A stretch of 32,000 bases of DNA from Blochmannia endosymbiont of Camponotus modoc (GTDB lineage: Bacteria > Pseudomonadota > Gammaproteobacteria > Enterobacterales > Enterobacteriaceae): contig NZ_CP097765.1 in NCBI RefSeq assembly GCF_023585785.1, forward strand, positions 1 through 32,000. The letters run 5' to 3'. Every line of letters starts with the position of its first letter. The first letter of the stretch is position 1. The position numbers and the translations under genes were made by a program. A model generated the notes under the pieces. That model searched no databases and was not told where the DNA came from. It worked only from the letters and a program-made list of their open reading frames with translations. Below, one piece after another: positions 28,284-32,000 of this stretch.

Positions 28284-29642
28284 GTGCGTAGTATTATTGT
28301 TAGTTCTATTAAGTTATTATATCGTTATATGCATAAGCATTATTTTATAATGGTATTTTTGTTTCTGTTAATGATTGTGATTGTAATGGTTTGCGAAGTT
28401 TTTATTTCATGCACGTTGAATAAAAATAAAAAAAATTCTAGCAAAGCATTTCTTATTAAGAACCATGAGTTTCATCAATTTGAAATTATGAAAAATGGAA
28501 AATTTTTCAATAATGTGATGGTTCGTTCTAATATTTTAAAGAAACACTGGTATTTTAATAAGTCATCAAGAGAAATAAACATGTATAACTATACAGTATC
28601 TCAGAATGAGATATTGAGTAAAATTTTAATAAAATATAGTAGCAATGGTATCGATGCTTCTGAAATTACTCTTTTGCTACAACAGTATCCAATATTAAGA
28701 CAGATAAAAATGGGGCAAATACTTTCTTGGATAATAATTACAAAAAAAAAATTACAATGCTTAGTTTGGGATATTTTTCCGCAAGAAATTCGTGTCTACA
28801 ATCGTATGGATACTAGTTTTACAGAAGGAATTATTAGATTTTTAAATCAATTAAATGACGGGTTATCTCCTTCAATTTTATTTATAGGTACATTAAATGG
28901 AACATTTATTGATAGCGCTCGTTCTTTAGGTATAGAGGAAAATTGTATTACAGATATAACTAATGCATTACGATATCAATTAGATTTTCACAAACTACAT
29001 CAGGGAGATAGATTTGCTGTGTTAATATCAATAATGATAAATGCTGATCATAGTATTAAAAGTACATTACTTGGAGCGAGATTGTGTACTGCTGGTAAAG
29101 ATTACTATGTATTTCGCGCAAATAACGGTAAATTGTATGATCGTGAAGCTGTGAGATTGGGGGGTAATTTTATACGCTTTCCTACATTAAAACCATTTCG
29201 TGTGTCTTCTAATTTTAATTTAAATAGATTAAATCCTGTGACTGGTCAAGTATCCCCTCATTCTGGAGTTGATTTTGCTGTTCCAATAGGTACTCCTGTT
29301 GTATCTGTAGGAGATGGAGAAGTTATCGTCAGCGCATATAGTAAAATTGCTGGTAATTATGTGACAATTAGGCATAATTGCCATTGTACAACTCGATATA
29401 TGCATTTAAAAAAGTTATTAGTTAAGCCTGGACAAAGAGTTAAATTAGGTGACAACATAGCGCTATCTGGAAATACAGGTCGATCGACAGGGCCTCATTT
29501 ACATTTTGAAATATGGATCAATCATCGCCCTGTAAACCCATTAACCACTACATTATTGAATTTTGAGAAGTTATTAGGACATGAACGTACGATATATTTA
29601 AATCAAGTAAAAGAAATTCTTCCTCAACTACGTTTTGATTAG
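28284..29642 (+). CDS. mepM: Murein DD-endopeptidase MepM (YebA), LytM/M23 family (452 aa from a GTG start)
   Basis: DFHKLHQGDRFAVL, GKDYYVFRANNGKLYD, FIRFPT.KPFRVSSNFN..R.NPVTG.V.PH.GVDFA.P.GTPV.SVGDGEV, TTRYMHLKK.LVKPGQ.VK.GD.IALSGNTGRSTGPHLHFEIWIN and the C-terminal PQLRFD, identical in ending to E. coli MepM. The GTG start gives an N-terminal length equal to E. coli; an alternative ATG lies at 28329. Confidence 0.92.
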   Translation: MRSIIVSSIKLLYRYMHKHYFIMVFLFLLMIVIVMVCEVFISCTLNKNKKNSSKAFLIKNHEFHQFEIMKNGKFFNNVMVRSNILKKHWYFNKSSREINMYNYTVSQNEILSKILIKYSSNGIDASEITLLLQQYPILRQIKMGQILSWIIITKKKLQCLVWDIFPQEIRVYNRMDTSFTEGIIRFLNQLNDGLSPSILFIGTLNGTFIDSARSLGIEENCITDITNALRYQLDFHKLHQGDRFAVLISIMINADHSIKSTLLGARLCTAGKDYYVFRANNGKLYDREAVRLGGNFIRFPTLKPFRVSSNFNLNRLNPVTGQVSPHSGVDFAVPIGTPVVSVGDGEVIVSAYSKIAGNYVTIRHNCHCTTRYMHLKKLLVKPGQRVKLGDNIALSGNTGRSTGPHLHFEIWINHRPVNPLTTTLLNFEKLLGHERTIYLNQVKEILPQLRFD

Positions 29643-29816
29643 ATGTGTTTAATTTTATAATTTTTTAGCAATATAGTTTTTATTTAGTTTCTTTTTTTAA
29701 GACAGTTTATGCGCATGCATTCGTGTTTTGTTTTTAAGTAATATTACATATTATATGTATAACGATATTATTAATTTTTTATTTAATTGCAAAAAAAATA
29801 TTTCAATCAATGATAA

Positions 29817-31265
29817 TTATTCTACTTGTAAAATGTGACTAATATTAATTACATCACATTTATTGTATATATCATTTTGTATCACAACTACTAATTCACC
29901 AGATAGAAGAAGTCCTTTGTCGCGTAATAAATTACTAGCATATTTGGCATCTATCACGTTATTCCCTGTTCTATTAAAATAAATAGGGATAACTCCTTTG
30001 TAAAGAGTAACTATATTTAAGATGTGTTTGTGTTGGGATAAAGCAAAAATAGGTAATTTTGAATTGATACGAGACATTAATAACGTAGTACGTTCAAATT
30101 CAGTCAAAACGATAATAGCACTTACTCCTGTTAGGTGATTGGCAGTATACATTGCAGATATAGCGATAGCTTCTTCGATATCATCAAATTTTTTTTTTTG
30201 GTTGATGTCTGATAAAAAATTGATTTTTGAAATTTTTTCGGCACCTAAACATACATTAGCCATAGCTGCTACAGTTTCAGATGGATATTGACCTGTAGCA
30301 GTTTCAGCGGATAACATAACTGCGTCAGTACCATCCAATACTGCATTAGCTACGTCCATTACTTCTGCGCGAGTAGGCATAGAATTATGAATCATAGATT
30401 CCATCATTTGAGTTGCGGTAATGACTGCTCGATTAAGAGCGTGTGCTCTTTGTATTATTTTTTTTTGCACACCCACTAGTTCTGGTTCTCCAATTTCTAC
30501 TCCTAAATCTCCTCGAGCTACCATTACTGCGTCTGATGCGTGAATGATATCATCTATTGTTTCGTCAGATGCAACTACTTCTGCGCGTTCTATTTTAGAA
30601 ATAATTTTTGCATGACTACCAGCATCGACAATTAATTTTCGTGCACAATTTAAATCTATACTGCTACGAGGAAATGATATTGCTAGGTAGTCAACTCCAA
30701 TTTGAGCCGCGGTGATAATATCAATTTTATCCTTGTTTGTTAAGACTTTCGCTGAAAGTCCTCCTCCTAATTTGTTTAAGCCTTTATTGTTGTATAACAT
30801 ACCGCCAATAATTACTTTAGTATATATTTTAGTGTTATGGATTTTTATAACTTTTAATTGAATTTTCCCATCATCTAATAGAAGTAAATCTTCTGGGTGC
30901 ACGTCTTGATCGAGTTCTTTGTAATCAACACCTACGCATTTGTGATTACCTTTATTATTGTTTGTCATCATGGCATCAATTAAAAAGTTATCTCCAGATT
31001 TTAAATATATTTTGTTTCCTTGAAAAGTTGAGATACGGATTTTAGGGCCTTGTAAATCTCCAAGAATAGCAATATATATACTTAGTTTGGAAGCGATTTC
31101 GCGTACTTTTTCTGCTCGGAAAAAGTGTTCTTGTGTTTTTCCATGAGAAAAATTTAGTCGTACGATATTTGCTCCTGAGATAATTATTTTTTCAAGATTG
31201 TTACCTTTATCTGTAGCAGGACCTAAAGTAGCGATAATTTTAGTTCTTCTCAATTGTTGAGACAT
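29817..31265 (-). CDS. pykA: Pyruvate kinase II (482 aa)
   Basis: [111 protein letters not shown] and the C-terminal ILQVE, colinear with E. coli PykA (480 aa). It contains an in-frame A11 tract. Confidence 0.96.
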   Translation of the reverse strand: MSQQLRRTKIIATLGPATDKGNNLEKIIISGANIVRLNFSHGKTQEHFFRAEKVREIASKLSIYIAILGDLQGPKIRISTFQGNKIYLKSGDNFLIDAMMTNNNKGNHKCVGVDYKELDQDVHPEDLLLLDDGKIQLKVIKIHNTKIYTKVIIGGMLYNNKGLNKLGGGLSAKVLTNKDKIDIITAAQIGVDYLAISFPRSSIDLNCARKLIVDAGSHAKIISKIERAEVVASDETIDDIIHASDAVMVARGDLGVEIGEPELVGVQKKIIQRAHALNRAVITATQMMESMIHNSMPTRAEVMDVANAVLDGTDAVMLSAETATGQYPSETVAAMANVCLGAEKISKINFLSDINQKKKFDDIEEAIAISAMYTANHLTGVSAIIVLTEFERTTLLMSRINSKLPIFALSQHKHILNIVTLYKGVIPIYFNRTGNNVIDAKYASNLLRDKGLLLSGELVVVIQNDIYNKCDVINISHILQVE

Positions 31266-31931
31266 AATAATAGTTCCTTATGCGACTTAAATTTAAATAA
31301 TCAATATTAAAGAATGGCGATCATTAATTATGTTATTTATGTTATAATTTATGTTTATTTTATATTAAATTTTAATATACTATATGACAGTATATATATT
31401 ATAAATAGAATATTTGTTCTTGATATTTATAAAATAATTAATTAAATTTTTTGGAAATATTAGCAACATTAATGTAATAGCATCTAAGATTATAAATATT
31501 AATGATAATCTATCGATTAAATAAACACATAGATAGTTACAGTTGTGGTAGATAGGATTTTTTAATATAAAATAAACTATTCAATTATGAACAAACTTAT
31601 GATACGTTAATTCAGTTATTGCAAAATATGTATTATTATATATTTTATTAATCTTTAGGCATATTAATTTTTTGGATATGTAGTTTGATGATATATCTTA
31701 AAAAATATAAAAATGTGTTAAAAACATTGTGAAAATATAAAGACAATTAATAATCAATATTATAAATAATGTCTAATTTCTTACGGGTTGTTATTTTTAT
31801 AAACTCAAATTTAATTAGGCTACTTATTATTGTGTTTTGATTAAATATAACAAGTTTGTATTGTTATATAACCTACCTATATATGATGAATATTAGAAAC
31901 TTATATTCATTTAACATATCAGAGAATAAAT

Positions 31932-32000
31932 ATGAGATTAACATCTATCACTCAAGCATGTAATTTAATTATTTTTGGAGCAAAAGGTGATTTGGCACGC
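31932..32000 (+). CDS. zwf: Glucose-6-phosphate 1-dehydrogenase, 5' end only (continues past the window edge)
   Basis: MRLTSITQACNLIIFGAKGDLAR matches the E. coli Zwf N-terminus MAVTQTAQACDLVIFGAKGDLAR, the NADP-binding GAxGDLA motif. It is truncated by the window. Confidence 0.85.
   Translation, partial: MRLTSITQACNLIIFGAKGDLAR

Noticed and set aside
1-32000. Search for a novel multi-gene system (defence island, toxin-antitoxin, CRISPR, prophage, IS/transposon, integron, secretion or biosynthetic cluster)
   Set aside because: Every ORF of meaningful length is a recognisable housekeeping orthologue in E. coli-like order. The spacers have no ORFs of 60 aa or more, no direct-repeat arrays, no terminal inverted repeats flanking a coding segment, and no integrase or transposase-like translation. 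I do not think such a system is present in this window.

Overview
This window is a very AT-rich piece of a reduced gammaproteobacterial (Enterobacterales-type) genome, almost certainly an obligate insect endosymbiont. Gene content, E. coli-like local synteny and long non-coding spacers (about 7.5 kb, roughly 23% of the window by my coordinates) fit best with a Candidatus Blochmannia-like ant symbiont. That assignment is inference from memory, not a search result.

I can support 22 protein-coding loci and 4 tRNA genes:
- Housekeeping genes: ddlA, rplY, folE, metG, gnd, sbcB, yeeX, a GutQ-type arabinose-5-phosphate isomerase, mdtH, murJ, argS, aspS, mepM, pykA and the 5' end of zwf.
- The complete histidine operon hisGDCBHAFI on the minus strand.
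- tRNA-Pro(GGG), tRNA-Asn(GUU), tRNA-Ser(CGA) and tRNA-Ser(GGA).

I see no mobile elements, CRISPR array, prophage, defence or toxin genes, or secondary-metabolite genes, and no convincing novel multi-gene system. This is core housekeeping DNA.

The points worth a second look are signatures of genome decay and its compensation:
1. hisH is split by a 1-nt length change inside an A11 tract, with an otherwise intact catalytic region. It is a candidate for rescue by transcriptional slippage or -1 frameshifting.
2. A vestigial hisL leader peptide (MLIYHHYPD) has only two His codons, and the attenuator hairpin is eroded.
3. Perfect 29-bp inverted repeats occur at 2-67 and 20212-20273, and terminator-like hairpins sit where no current gene needs one (25931-25974, 22411-22431).
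4. The ddlA reading frame runs into the antisense tRNA-Pro gene.
5. MetRS is naturally truncated.
6. Several in-frame A10-A11 tracts lie in essential genes.
7. Spacers of 0.5-0.95 kb are probably gene graveyards, including a tentative dcd relic upstream of gnd.
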